Part shown: one piece after another, positions 8,868 through 19,075 of the stretch
Layout of the letters: each line of letters opens with the position of its first letter
Numbering within the stretch: the first letter of the stretch is position 1
From: an uncultured Desulfarculus sp.
GTDB lineage: Bacteria; Desulfobacterota; Desulfarculia; Desulfarculales; Desulfarculaceae
Length of the DNA: 64,000 nt
Direction of reading: 5' to 3'
NCBI GenBank assembly: GCA_963665125.2
Contig: CAXXUK010000001.1
Coordinates: forward strand, 2,848,001-2,912,000
Position numbers and translations under genes: made by a program
Notes under the pieces: generated by a model
The model's input: the letters and a program-made list of their open reading frames with translations, nothing else
The model's database searches: none
What the model was told of the DNA's origin: nothing

Positions 8868-11543
8868 CTACAAGGCCTCTCTGTACAGATCGGCCACCTG
8901 TGATGGGTCGGTCACCGGTCTGGGGTTAAACAGGGTAACCACGTCCAGGACAGCGTGGAACGCCGCGATATCCACTCCGTCATCGGGCACGCCGAATTCG
9001 CTCAGCTTTTGGGGATGGCCGATTGTTTCCAGGAATTTTTCCATGTCGTCGGCAGCGGCCATAGCGGCATCCTTGTCGCTCATGCCCGGATCCCTGACAC
9101 CAAGGGCTTCGGCCACCATGGCCAGCTTATCGGTGGCGAAGTCCACGTTAAAGCGCATCACCTTGGGCAGAATAATGCCGCAGGCCGCTCCGTGGGGCAC
9201 CTCGTACAGGGCGCCCAGAGTATGGGCCATGGCGTGAACCAGGGCGGTTTGGGTCATGTTGATGGCCCAGCCGGCCATGGTTGCGGCCTGCTGCAAGCTG
9301 GCCCTGGCTTCAATGTCGTTTCCGTCCTTTATAGCCCGGGGCAAGTATTTCTTTATTAAACGGATGGCATGCAGAGCATTGCCGTCGCTGAAATTGTGGG
9401 GCATCACGCTGGTTGCCGACTCAATGGCGTGGGTCATGGCATCCATGCCGGTTTGGGCCGTAAGCCCGGCGGGCAGCGACAGGGTGCAACGCGGATCAAG
9501 GATTGCCGCATCAGGAACGATGAAGTTGTCCATGATCGCCACCTTGCGGCCCGAGCGCTTGTTTTTAATCATCGCCGCGTTGGTCACCTCACTGCCGGTG
9601 CCCGATGTGGTGGGAACGACGATGTGCGGCGTCTGCTTTTCCGTAAGCCGCATTACGGTGATGTGGTCGTCCGCGCAACCGCCGTTTTTCAGGGTTATAC
9701 ACACGGCCTTGCCCGTATCGATCACGCTACCGCCGCCGGCACTGACGATGCAGTCGGCCTTGACGTTTCTGGCCAACTCCACCGCCTCGTCCACGGTATC
9801 GAGGTCCGAGTCCTGACCGATCTTGTCATAGGTGGCCACGTAGTATTCGCCCAGGGCATCCTGCACCATCTTAACGATGCCGGCGTCCCTAACCCCAACA
9901 TCGGTGAGGATCAGCGCCCGCGAACAACCCAATCTTGAGACTTCCTTGGTCAGGGCCGCCAAGGTGCCCTTGCCGGAAATTACATTGGTCTGACAGTTGA
10001 ACGGGAGGATATTAACGACTTTGGGTTCGTCCGATGTGAACCGCCAGAACAGGAAATTCTGTTTTTCGTCGGTGTATGAGCTGATGTGGACCCGTTTGAT
10101 TTCGGTGTATTCCTTGAGCCCGTTTTCGCCCATTTCACGGCCGATGCCGGACTGCTTGTATCCGCCAAACGGAGCATAGTCGCCAAACGCATGATAGGTG
10201 TTGACCCACATCGTGCCGGTTTTTATTTCGCGAGCGATCCGCTGGGCGCGGGCATTGCTGGTGGTAAAAATGCCGCCGGCCAGACCATATTTCGAGTCAT
10301 TGGCAATGGCGACGGCTTCGTCTTCATCATCGTATTTGATCACGCAGACAACGGGCCCGAAGATCTCTTCCTGGGCGATGCGCATGGAGTTGTCGACATT
10401 GGTGAAGATCGTGGGCGAATAATAATATCCGCCCTCCAGGCCGGGCACCTCGACCCTGTGGCCGCCGGAGTAAAGATCCGCGCCCTCGGCCTTGCCCAGC
10501 TCAACATACCGTTCCACCGTAGCGAGCTGGGTGGCATTGGCCATGGGGCCCAGCTGGGTCTCGGCGGCTAGCTGATATCCGATTTTGAGATGGTCGGCGG
10601 TCTGTTTTAACTTTTCGATAAACTCGTCATGCTTTTTGGAATGGACCAGGATGCGGGTGCCGGACTCACAAACCTGTCCTTGGTGCCAGAATGTTCCAAA
10701 GGCCGCGCCGGCGGCCGCCAATCCCATGTCCGCGTCATCTAGAATGATGTTGGCGGATTTGCCCCCCAACTCCAGGCTGACTTTGGTGATATTGTCGGCG
10801 GCCATCTTCATGATCATGCGGCCGACTTCGGTGCTGCCCGTAAGTGAAATTTTGTCTACTTCAGGGTGGGTACACAAGGCCTCGCCTACATCGTTGCCCT
10901 TGCCCGGCAGGATGTTCACGACACCCTTGGGTAGACCGGCCGCCTTTGCCGCTTCGCCGATTATCGATGCGCTCAGAGGGGTTATGGAGGAAGGCTTAAC
11001 CACTATAGTGTTGCCCATGACTATGGCATGGGCGATCTTCCACACGGTTTGCAGAACCGGAAAGTTCCAGGGAACTATGCCGACGCACACGCCGATGGGT
11101 TCGCGTCGAATGTAATCACGCCCTGATGCGAAGATGTTGCCGGAAAAAGGAATCTCTTCTTCCCAGGGAAATTCATGGGCCGCAAAATGGCCGTAGTTGC
11201 GCAAAATGCCCTGACAGAGCATGCCCCACAAGGTGCTTAGCCGTATAACGTGACCGGCGTCCATGGATTCGACCATGGCGATGCGAATAGACTGTTTGGC
11301 GATTTCATCGGCAAACAAATATATCTTTTCGGCCCGCTCCCTGGGGCTGATGCGGCTCCAGTCACCTTTGTCGAAGGCCTGCCTTGCCGCCATGACGGCA
11401 TTGTCCACATCCCGCGTACCGGCCAGGGCGGTGGTGGCAAACGGAAGCCCCGTGCCGGGGTCTATACACTCCAGTTTTTCGCCGTTTTGGCCGTCAACAA
11501 ATTCACCATTGATGAATAGGTTGTAATGATCCATTGTTTTCAT
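8868..11543 (-). CDS. fusion of NAD-dependent aldehyde dehydrogenase and iron-containing alcohol dehydrogenase
   Basis: PWNFP, TGSTEVG, LELGGKS, GQVCESG, EEIFGPV; then GGGSVID, PTTSGTGSE, DAMTH, HAMAH, PHG. Confidence 0.9.
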   Translation of the reverse strand: MKTMDHYNLFINGEFVDGQNGEKLECIDPGTGLPFATTALAGTRDVDNAVMAARQAFDKGDWSRISPRERAEKIYLFADEIAKQSIRIAMVESMDAGHVIRLSTLWGMLCQGILRNYGHFAAHEFPWEEEIPFSGNIFASGRDYIRREPIGVCVGIVPWNFPVLQTVWKIAHAIVMGNTIVVKPSSITPLSASIIGEAAKAAGLPKGVVNILPGKGNDVGEALCTHPEVDKISLTGSTEVGRMIMKMAADNITKVSLELGGKSANIILDDADMGLAAAGAAFGTFWHQGQVCESGTRILVHSKKHDEFIEKLKQTADHLKIGYQLAAETQLGPMANATQLATVERYVELGKAEGADLYSGGHRVEVPGLEGGYYYSPTIFTNVDNSMRIAQEEIFGPVVCVIKYDDEDEAVAIANDSKYGLAGGIFTTSNARAQRIAREIKTGTMWVNTYHAFGDYAPFGGYKQSGIGREMGENGLKEYTEIKRVHISSYTDEKQNFLFWRFTSDEPKVVNILPFNCQTNVISGKGTLAALTKEVSRLGCSRALILTDVGVRDAGIVKMVQDALGEYYVATYDKIGQDSDLDTVDEAVELARNVKADCIVSAGGGSVIDTGKAVCITLKNGGCADDHITVMRLTEKQTPHIVVPTTSGTGSEVTNAAMIKNKRSGRKVAIMDNFIVPDAAILDPRCTLSLPAGLTAQTGMDAMTHAIESATSVMPHNFSDGNALHAIRLIKKYLPRAIKDGNDIEARASLQQAATMAGWAINMTQTALVHAMAHTLGALYEVPHGAACGIILPKVMRFNVDFATDKLAMVAEALGVRDPGMSDKDAAMAAADDMEKFLETIGHPQKLSEFGVPDDGVDIAAFHAVLDVVTLFNPRPVTDPSQVADLYREAL

Positions 11544-11603
11544 CCCCTCGTGTTTTTCTTGGACTTCTCAGACACACACTACCTGTAGTGTCGCTTTTCC
11601 CTG

Positions 11604-12053
11604 CTACATAACCATCAGCCACGGAACAAGATATGAGGCTATGCCAAGCAGAAATATTGGTAGAAAGGTATTGGCCGTCTGCTGTTTTGACCTGTCCTGA
11701 AACGGCATATTGGTTATGGATAAGTCAAAATTGAGGGTGTTTGCCTTTTTGAAAAGGCCAAAGAAATATAGTTGCATCAAAAATCGAAAAGACCAAAAGA
11801 TGGCTATCGATACCATAAGTGTTTTACCGATACCTGTCGTTAAAAGTTCATCCGTATGTACAAAAGAGATATAAGCAAATATCCAGAACAATAAAACCAG
11901 CAACTTGCTGGTCAGCCTATAAACTGCGGCGTTCATGTCGTCCAACGGCTCAAGTGTTTTTTTCCAGTTGAATAGATAAGGCCAGGACAAATCAAAAATG
12001 CTGAAACCGATATGATACGCGCCGCCTATGTACAAAAATATTTTGGGATCCAT
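11604..12053 (-). CDS. hypothetical 4-TM membrane protein
   Basis: hydrophobic segments; GAGGAG SD; first gene of the leftward operon. Confidence 0.7.
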   Translation of the reverse strand: MDPKIFLYIGGAYHIGFSIFDLSWPYLFNWKKTLEPLDDMNAAVYRLTSKLLVLLFWIFAYISFVHTDELLTTGIGKTLMVSIAIFWSFRFLMQLYFFGLFKKANTLNFDLSITNMPFQDRSKQQTANTFLPIFLLGIASYLVPWLMVM

Positions 12054-12103
12054 GGGTTTTACTCCTCGCGCTTTTCACTGGTGGTCTGGCCACCGTTCCT
12101 TAT

Positions 12104-12167
12104 TGACCATTGGTCAGATATTATTTGACCAATGGTCACTTGTCAACTATTATTTGACCGCCGGTCA
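12104..12167. promoter_or_regulatory. three TGACC-N3-GGTCA operator palindromes
   Basis: copies at 12104-12116, 12126-12138 and 12155-12167, between the divergent operon and the TetR gene. Confidence 0.8.
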
Positions 12168-12207
12168 ACTATTAGGTATTATTGGCAAAAAATTTACGGA
12201 GGAGCAG

Positions 12208-12876
12208 ATGGGCGAAATAAGGGCGAGAACCCAGGAAGAAAAGGACAACAAAAGGCAGGTGATCCTGGATACCGCATGGAAATTGTTCATGGAATCAGAC
12301 GGACAGATACCCACGGCAAAGCTTATCGCCGAGCGTGCCGACATATCCAAGGGCACGGTTTACGTCTATTTCAGGACCAAGGAGGAGATATTCCTCGAGC
12401 TGCTGCCCGAAAAACTTCGCGAGTGGTCGGAGGACGCGGCCAAAGACCTTGACGGTGCTGCCCTGGATGATCTGGACATGATCACGGAGGTGATAATTCG
12501 TTATCCGGTGAACAATCAATTCCTGATGCCGCTGGGTAGTATTTTAAGGGCCGTGCTGGAAAACAATGCCCCGGATGAAGCCATCATTGCCATGAAAATA
12601 AAAATCGCGGCACTAAGCGCCGAGCTTGGTTGGAAGTTGAGCCAAAGGCTGGTTTGGCTGGCCCCGGCTGAAGCCACCGAACTGCTTTACAGCATTTTTT
12701 CCTTTTTAAACGGTCTTTGGCAACACGTTGCTATTCCGGAAAGAATCAAGCAAAAAATGGCGGTTACCAATCCCGAATACTACGCCATGGATCTGACCCA
12801 ACTGGCCAGAAAAAATATCCGCAACCTATTGGAAGGGTATAGGATCGCTGCCTTAAGAAAAACTGCGACAAAATAA
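12208..12876 (+). CDS. TetR-family regulator
   Basis: IAERADISKGTVYVYFRTKEEIF HTH; GGAGGAG SD before 12208. Confidence 0.92.
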   Translation: MGEIRARTQEEKDNKRQVILDTAWKLFMESDGQIPTAKLIAERADISKGTVYVYFRTKEEIFLELLPEKLREWSEDAAKDLDGAALDDLDMITEVIIRYPVNNQFLMPLGSILRAVLENNAPDEAIIAMKIKIAALSAELGWKLSQRLVWLAPAEATELLYSIFSFLNGLWQHVAIPERIKQKMAVTNPEYYAMDLTQLARKNIRNLLEGYRIAALRKTATK

Positions 12877-12890
12877 AATCACGCCGTTAC

Positions 12891-13706
12891 TTAAAGGCGA
12901 ACGCGCAATAAACGATGCGCCCTCCTCGCCATACTGAACATTCCCATGGCTTTGAACAACATCCTGTCTTTTATACCCAATGAGGATATAGCCTCTGAAT
13001 CGGTAAAATACCATTCCTCAAGCAACTTCATTCCCAAGCCCCACTTCTCTATGAGCCTCGCATCATCAATACCCCACTGGATGCGTGCCCCTGTTTTCTG
13101 AATCGAAGGATGACGGTTGGCTCCTTTCGCGGCCAAACGGCTGTAGGCATCAAAAATGACCTCACTACCCGGCAGCCGTTTCTGCAATTCAATAAATAAG
13201 TGCTTAACGTCGTCCTCCAGGAGATACATCAACAGGCCTTCGGCCACGATACAGGCAGGAGCATCTGTGGCGGGAATTGAATCCATCCAGGCCCAATCCG
13301 TTACCGAGGACCCGAGCATGTGATATACCGGCGATTCCTCGTAGAAGTTGAGGCGCAACTCGATGACGTCCGGGTAGTCGACGTCGCACCAATATCCTTT
13401 GCCGAATCCTACCCTGATTACGCGGCTGTCCAAACCACAGCCCAAATGCAAGACCAAGGGGTTGTCACTACGGCGCAAGTATTCGGTGACATAAGCATCG
13501 GTTTTTTTGGCCCTCATGGCGAGAGTGACAAGCGTCTGCCTTGGAATTTTTAATTCCTTAAAATCGTAGTCTATGCGCGCTAAGATGTCCCTGGCCTTGG
13601 GATCATGGATTATTTGATGCATTCTTTCACTCCCCACAGCCTTGCTAAACAAGGGCACAAGGAGAGTCTCTTTTTCAGATGTTAGCCTTATTTTTTCTTT
13701 TTGCAT
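12891..13706 (-). CDS. class I SAM-dependent methyltransferase (LCM family)
   Basis: ETLLVPL, VLHLGCGLDSR, DVDYPDVI, AEGLLMYL. Confidence 0.88.
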   Translation of the reverse strand: MQKEKIRLTSEKETLLVPLFSKAVGSERMHQIIHDPKARDILARIDYDFKELKIPRQTLVTLAMRAKKTDAYVTEYLRRSDNPLVLHLGCGLDSRVIRVGFGKGYWCDVDYPDVIELRLNFYEESPVYHMLGSSVTDWAWMDSIPATDAPACIVAEGLLMYLLEDDVKHLFIELQKRLPGSEVIFDAYSRLAAKGANRHPSIQKTGARIQWGIDDARLIEKWGLGMKLLEEWYFTDSEAISSLGIKDRMLFKAMGMFSMARRAHRLLRVRL

Positions 13707-13925
13707 TATTTGCCTGCCAGCGAGTCAATTTGAGAACTAAGTGCAAATTTTTTTCTGTCTAGTGACCATGCGTCCTCACCGATCGCGCCTTGCCGCCTCA
13801 TTATGCATAAATTAACATAATCCCACCCGGCACCACGGGCGTCATCGTGGATTTCAGTGCAAGGCGATTGTCCACCAGCACCTAGCTTCATGGACTGATC
13901 TAACCCAGGAACAACGGACATTTGA

Positions 13926-14792
13926 TTAAGCGACAATTTGGTTTTCAAAGGCCAGCGGGCTGATGTAGCCGTTGGCACTGTGCCTCCTGTTTCGGTTGTA
14001 GTCAACCTCGATATACTCGAATACGGCCCGGCGCATGTCCTGGCGGGTGGCGAAGCGCTCACCGTGGACCATTTCCACTTTCAGAGTATGGAAGAAGCTT
14101 TCGGCCACGGCGTTGTCATAACAGTTGCCCTTGCCGCTCATGCTGCAAACCAGTTCATGCTTGGTCAAAAGGGCTTGGTATTTCCTGGAGCAGTACTGGC
14201 TGCCACGATCCGAATGAACCAACACGCCTTTTGGCATGTGACGCCGCCACAAGGCCATCTGCAAGGCGTCACAGACCAAATCGGCTTTCATGCGCTTATC
14301 CATGGCCCAGCCAACCACCATGCGTGAAAACAGGTCGAGCACCACTGCTAGGTACAGCCAGCCCTCGCCGGTCCAAAGGTATGTAATGTCGCAGACCCAC
14401 TTCTGATTTGGAGCCGTTGCGTTAAAGTCCTGGGCCAACAGATTTGGAGCCACCGGCATACCGTGATTCGAATCCGTGGTGGCTTTGAACTTCCTGGCCG
14501 CCTTGGCCACCAGCCCCAGCCTTTTCATGCTGGCCGCTACGGTCTTGCGGTTGTATTTACGGCCCTGGTCCTCAAGGTCTAGGGTCAGCCCCGCGGCTAC
14601 GCTACGGCCCTTGCGGATGTCAAAGGTCTCTTTCACCAGCTGATCGAGCTTGTCGCGCTCCAGCTTCCTTTGACTGGGCTTTTGCTGCCTGCGCCGCCAG
14701 CCATAAAATCCGCCACGTGATACGCCAAAGGCCAAACACTGTGCCGTGATGCTGAATGTGCCTGCGTTTTGCTGCATGAACGCGTACTTCAC
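13926..14792 (-). CDS. IS3 transposase OrfB (DDE)
   Basis: near-identical to the OrfB of copy 1. Confidence 0.93.
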   Translation of the reverse strand: MKYAFMQQNAGTFSITAQCLAFGVSRGGFYGWRRRQQKPSQRKLERDKLDQLVKETFDIRKGRSVAAGLTLDLEDQGRKYNRKTVAASMKRLGLVAKAARKFKATTDSNHGMPVAPNLLAQDFNATAPNQKWVCDITYLWTGEGWLYLAVVLDLFSRMVVGWAMDKRMKADLVCDALQMALWRRHMPKGVLVHSDRGSQYCSRKYQALLTKHELVCSMSGKGNCYDNAVAESFFHTLKVEMVHGERFATRQDMRRAVFEYIEVDYNRNRRHSANGYISPLAFENQIVA

Positions 14793-15088
14793 TTCAGGCT
14801 TTTCGCGAAGTACGCCGCGGCCTTTTTTAATATGGCCAACTCCTCTTCTTTCTTGGCCAACTGCCGTTTTAGCTTGGCGTTTTCGATTTCCAATTCCTTC
14901 TCGGTCTCACTGCGGCTGGCCTCATAGCGGGCCTTCTTGCGCCAAGCATAAACCTGGGACTCATGCAGGCCAAGCTGTTTGGCCGCACCGGCAACGCTAA
15001 CCTGCTCAGCCAAACCTAGGGCTTCAATCTTGAATTCCGGCGAATAGTGCCGCCTGGTGGATTTCTTTTGGCTCTTCTGTGATGGCGT
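14789..15088 (-). pseudogene. IS3 OrfA with mutated start
   Basis: ATG of copy 1 is ACG here and the GGAGG SD is GTAGG; rest of frame intact. Confidence 0.75.
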
Positions 15089-15234
15089 CGAACACCTACG
15101 TTAAGCAATTTACTCGCTTAATCGTGTGTCCGTCAAAACTGGACTGGATCATTCTTAACGTGGTCTCACGACGGCAACAAGCATTATCGGCGGTTGCCAC
15201 AGGGCGCCTGGCATAGCCAGACGCCCTTAAGGCG

Positions 15235-16254
15235 CTATTTGCGCCCCAGATTCATTTCCATTGGGGTACCGCCGATGTCCACCATCTTGGAAGTGATGCC
15301 GCTAAAGCCGCAACGGGTCAGGGCATTTACCAGATAGCCCTTCTCCGGTATGCACGTTTGGCCACTCATGGTTTCAGTCAACAGTCCCAGAACCAGTTGA
15401 GACGGCCGGGTGCGTTCGTCGGTTAAAACAGCATGTATGGCCACCAGCATTCCACCGGGATTGAGGGCTCCGTGGCACTTGGCAACAACGGACTCTATCT
15501 CAGGGTCTTCGTAGTAAAGGGTGTCGGTAATCATAATCAGATCGTAGCCCGATCCCAGGGAATCCTTAAGGTAATTGCCTCCCACGGCGGTGACTCGCTC
15601 GCCAAAGCCATAGGCTTCAATGTAGGTCTGGGCCAGACGGGCTACGGAGGGACGGTCGAAAACCGTTGCCCGGAGCTGGGAATTATCCTGCACTACGGCC
15701 ATGGCGTTGATGGCCGGACCGCCACCCATATCCAGCATGGTCTTACAGCTCTGAAAACCGGGCAGTTCCTTGATATGTTCCGCAATATTTGTTGCAACGC
15801 AGCACAGGCTGCTGGCGGCATGGGCAGTAGTGTAGCGTTCACAAAATGCTTCGGAGTTCATGTTTTCATCTTCCGGAGCATCACCAGGCCCGAATTTGAT
15901 CTTATCAGCCAAGCTGGCCAGAAAGGACAGGCCGTCCTCATCGGCCAGCTGGTACCATTCCCCCAGATAGGCGGGCTTGCCGCAGACCAGGAAGTCGCTG
16001 GTTGTTTGATGGTTTTGGTAGAGGCCGTTTTTCTTGCTGACCAGGCCGCAGGCGCACAAGGCATCCAGCAGCAACTCCGTGTTGCCGGGATCAATGTCCA
16101 GTGCGTTGGCGACCGCTTCGGATACCACGGGGTGTTCCAGGTGATCGAAAATTTTCATCTCAATGGCGGTCATCATCAAACGGCTGCCAATGGTGCCGAA
16201 ATAAAGCTTGTTCAGTTCGCTGAAATCAGATTCAAATTGCGGCAATTTACTCAT
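15235..16254 (-). CDS. O-methyltransferase (family 2, dimerisation domain)
   Basis: MLDMGGGPA, VFDRPSV, GGNYL; AAGGAGG SD. Confidence 0.88.
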   Translation of the reverse strand: MSKLPQFESDFSELNKLYFGTIGSRLMMTAIEMKIFDHLEHPVVSEAVANALDIDPGNTELLLDALCACGLVSKKNGLYQNHQTTSDFLVCGKPAYLGEWYQLADEDGLSFLASLADKIKFGPGDAPEDENMNSEAFCERYTTAHAASSLCCVATNIAEHIKELPGFQSCKTMLDMGGGPAINAMAVVQDNSQLRATVFDRPSVARLAQTYIEAYGFGERVTAVGGNYLKDSLGSGYDLIMITDTLYYEDPEIESVVAKCHGALNPGGMLVAIHAVLTDERTRPSQLVLGLLTETMSGQTCIPEKGYLVNALTRCGFSGITSKMVDIGGTPMEMNLGRK

Positions 16255-17659
16255 CGAGGATTCCTCCTTTTTCCATGTGCAGCACCCTAGTGCAGCAGGT
16301 GTGTATGAACTCAACGTCATGGGTCACCACCAACACAACGCCGCCATGGCTCGCCGCCTCCTTGAGCAGCCCCCCCATACGCCGCATGTTGTCTGCATCC
16401 AGACCGCTGGTGGGCTCATCCAGTATCAGAATCGCCGGTTCGGCGATCAGCGCGGCCGCCACCGCCAGGCGTTGTTTTTCTCCTCCGGAAAGCGCGTGGG
16501 GACGGCAGCGGACTTTGTCCCCCAGGCCGATGGTCTCCAGCATTTCCGTGACAGGGCCGGAATTCAAGCCGTTTGCGGCCAGCCCGAGCTTCAGTTCGTT
16601 AAAAACGCTTTCAGTGAAAAGCTGATGATCGGCCTCTTGCAACACCAGCCGGCAAAGCCGCACGCGCTCCTTGGCTTTGCGGGCCCGGCCGTCGATGGCC
16701 ACTTGCCCGCCGCGTTCCTTGAACAGACCGCACAGCAGCATGGCCAGAGTGGTTTTCCCGGTTCCGTTGGCGCCGGTAAGGGCGATGATCTCCCCGGCGG
16801 AGGCGGACAGGTTGGCCACGCGCAGGGCGTCATGGGTTTCACCGGCATAGCGGAAGCATAGATCCCGTGAGGCAAGCCTGCTTTGCATCCCTGGTTCGGG
16901 GGCTGACGCCAAGTACGCCGGGAGGTTTGTCCAACGCAGGCCGCAGCGGCTCATTTGTTCGTTGTCTCGGCTGAAAAAGTCGCTCCCCGAATTGACTTCG
17001 GCGATCCTGCCCTGCTCCAGCAGGAAAATGCGGTCAGCCAGACCCCTCAGGTAGTGGCAGCGGTGCTCGGCGATGATCAGGGCCTTTCCCTCGCGCTTTA
17101 GCGATTCCAAGGCCGCCCTCAACTCCTCCAGCGAAGCTGGGTCCAGGTTTGCCGATGGCTCATCCAAGACCCAGGCGCCAGGGCCCATGGCGTGCACCGC
17201 GGCCAGGATGGCCCTCTGCCGTTCGCCGGCGGAGAGTCCGAATATGGTGCGCCGCCGCAGATGGGCGATACCGAACCGATCGAGGGCCTTGTCGATTCTT
17301 TTTTTTATCAGCTCCCTGGGCAACCCGGCGTTTTCGCAGCCAAAGGCCACTTCGTCCTCCACACGGGTGGTAAAAAATTGCGAACGCGGATTCTGGAAGA
17401 CGGCGCCAATGCTGCCGGCGATGCGGTGCATGGGCAGATCGGCCAGGTCCAGTCCTTGGTGCAGGACCCGGCCCGCCCGGGTTCCCTTTTCAAAATGGGG
17501 AACCAGGCCGTTGAGGCATTTGGCCAGGGTGGATTTGCCGCAGCCGCTGGGTCCCGCCAAGACCACGCATTCACCGGAATGGACGTCAAGATTGATGTCC
17601 TTGAGCGCCCAGTGGGCATGACCGGCGTATCGGAAGGAAAGGTCCACGGCGCTGATCAC
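16247..17659 (-). CDS. ECF transporter fused double ATPase
   Basis: two Walker A motifs (GPSGCGKST, GANGTGKTT), FQNPRSQFF, LDEP twice; GTG start overlaps ecfT stop. Confidence 0.92.
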   Translation of the reverse strand: MISAVDLSFRYAGHAHWALKDINLDVHSGECVVLAGPSGCGKSTLAKCLNGLVPHFEKGTRAGRVLHQGLDLADLPMHRIAGSIGAVFQNPRSQFFTTRVEDEVAFGCENAGLPRELIKKRIDKALDRFGIAHLRRRTIFGLSAGERQRAILAAVHAMGPGAWVLDEPSANLDPASLEELRAALESLKREGKALIIAEHRCHYLRGLADRIFLLEQGRIAEVNSGSDFFSRDNEQMSRCGLRWTNLPAYLASAPEPGMQSRLASRDLCFRYAGETHDALRVANLSASAGEIIALTGANGTGKTTLAMLLCGLFKERGGQVAIDGRARKAKERVRLCRLVLQEADHQLFTESVFNELKLGLAANGLNSGPVTEMLETIGLGDKVRCRPHALSGGEKQRLAVAAALIAEPAILILDEPTSGLDADNMRRMGGLLKEAASHGGVVLVVTHDVEFIHTCCTRVLHMEKGGILDE

Positions 17660-18396
17660 GTCGTGCCTCCGGCGAAAGCCGCGAAGACCAGGTGGTCTGC
17701 TGTCAGCATGGCCGCCAGGCTCGCCGTCCAAACAGTGACGACGATCACGTCGGATGGACGCAGGCGGATCTCGTGGAGGCTGGATTTGGCGCCGGACGCT
17801 TCGATGCCCCGGGCCATCGCAGCCCTGGCCAGATCTTCGCCGATGTAAAGAGAGCGGACCAGCAGCGGCACCATGGCGTAACCGAGTGTGACAATGGGCT
17901 CGCGCAGCAGACGCCCAGGCGTCAGGGCGACGCCCCTGATCCGCATGGCGTAGCGGATCTGCCGGCATTCGGCCACCGCCGAAGGCATGAAGCGCAGGCA
18001 GGTGCCCAAGGGGATGACCCATTGGGGCGGCACGCGCATGGCCTCCAGAGAGCGCAAAAAACGGCTTGTGTTTAAGCTGGCCTGGATGAAGGCCATCATG
18101 GCGAACATGGTGCCGAACTTGATCAGAATATAGAAAACGCCCAGCCCGGTGAACCCACTCTCCGCCACAGAGGCCAGGGAAAGAATCACGGCTATGGCGG
18201 CCATGATCAGCAGGACCACCACAAAGCCGACCACAAAACGCTTGGCCCCGCAGATGAGGCAAAGGCCCAGGCATACGGCCAAGGCGGCGGCCTGGAGGTA
18301 CATGTCCACGCAGTAGATCGCTGCAGCACTTACGCTGACGGCCATCCAAACCTTGACGCGCTCGTCCAGGCCGAAGAAAAAAGCGCGCAGCATCAT
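17656..18396 (-). CDS. ECF transmembrane component T
   Basis: LRFMP, IRG and ARG motifs; ATGA coupling. Confidence 0.88.
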   Translation of the reverse strand: MMLRAFFFGLDERVKVWMAVSVSAAAIYCVDMYLQAAALAVCLGLCLICGAKRFVVGFVVVLLIMAAIAVILSLASVAESGFTGLGVFYILIKFGTMFAMMAFIQASLNTSRFLRSLEAMRVPPQWVIPLGTCLRFMPSAVAECRQIRYAMRIRGVALTPGRLLREPIVTLGYAMVPLLVRSLYIGEDLARAAMARGIEASGAKSSLHEIRLRPSDVIVVTVWTASLAAMLTADHLVFAAFAGGTT

Positions 18397-19073
18397 GAAG
18401 CCGTCTCTTCCGGGGCAAAGAACCGGGCTATGAGCTTGAGGGCCACGGCCCCGCCCAGTAACGCCGTCAGGAATGACAGGCACAGGACGACGGTGAAAAA
18501 GGGCATGGTGAACATCTCCACCATGGCTCCCGCGCCGGGGTCCATGGCCGCCAGCCGCTGCACCATGGTGCCGTGCTTCAGGAACAGATAGGGCCAGAAA
18601 TTGCCGGCGCTGAGCATTGTGCTGTAAAAAGCGAAGCCCAACAGCACCAGCCCAAGTCGTTGCCTGGGGACCGCTCGCCGGATCACGGCGTCGGTCAGGA
18701 ACCCGGCCGGCAGTGCCACCGGCAATAGGGCCCACCATCCCTGCATCAAACCCATGACGCTCCAGACCGTTGCGTTGAGGGTGAAGGGCCTGCGGCGCGG
18801 CGCGATGAAGGCCATAAGCATGTAGATGCTGGCCAGGAACAGGTTCTCCATGCTTTGATGAAATAACCCCATGACATAGACCAATGGCCCCAAGCATAAG
18901 TACAAGGAGAATATGAGATGGCTGAGGGCCACCAACAGGCCGTTGAGGACCCCCAGTGCTATCCAGTCCCGCATCTTGGTTTGCGTACCGCTGGGGATGA
19001 CGTGAAGGCTGGCCGGCGTAAACGGTGCGCATTGGGATGGCGCAACACTGCTTATGTCTCTCAAGCAGCCCAT
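18393..19073 (-). CDS. MptD-family ECF substrate-binding (S) component
   Basis: six hydrophobic segments, RDWIALGV start and GG.VALKLI..FF end; start uncertain (19073 or 18974). Confidence 0.75.
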   Translation of the reverse strand: MGCLRDISSVAPSQCAPFTPASLHVIPSGTQTKMRDWIALGVLNGLLVALSHLIFSLYLCLGPLVYVMGLFHQSMENLFLASIYMLMAFIAPRRRPFTLNATVWSVMGLMQGWWALLPVALPAGFLTDAVIRRAVPRQRLGLVLLGFAFYSTMLSAGNFWPYLFLKHGTMVQRLAAMDPGAGAMVEMFTMPFFTVVLCLSFLTALLGGAVALKLIARFFAPEETAS

Positions 19074-19075
19074 GC

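Larger units (their letters stand above)
13896..15151 (-). mobile_element. IS3-family insertion sequence, copy 2 (inverted, diverged isoform)
   Basis: same 1256-bp length and IR pattern as copy 1, with scattered substitutions. Confidence 0.95.

Noticed and set aside
17660..18418. long N-terminal extensions of the ECF ATPase and EcfT ORFs
   Set aside because: overlap upstream genes; true starts are at the coupled GTGA/ATGA junctions
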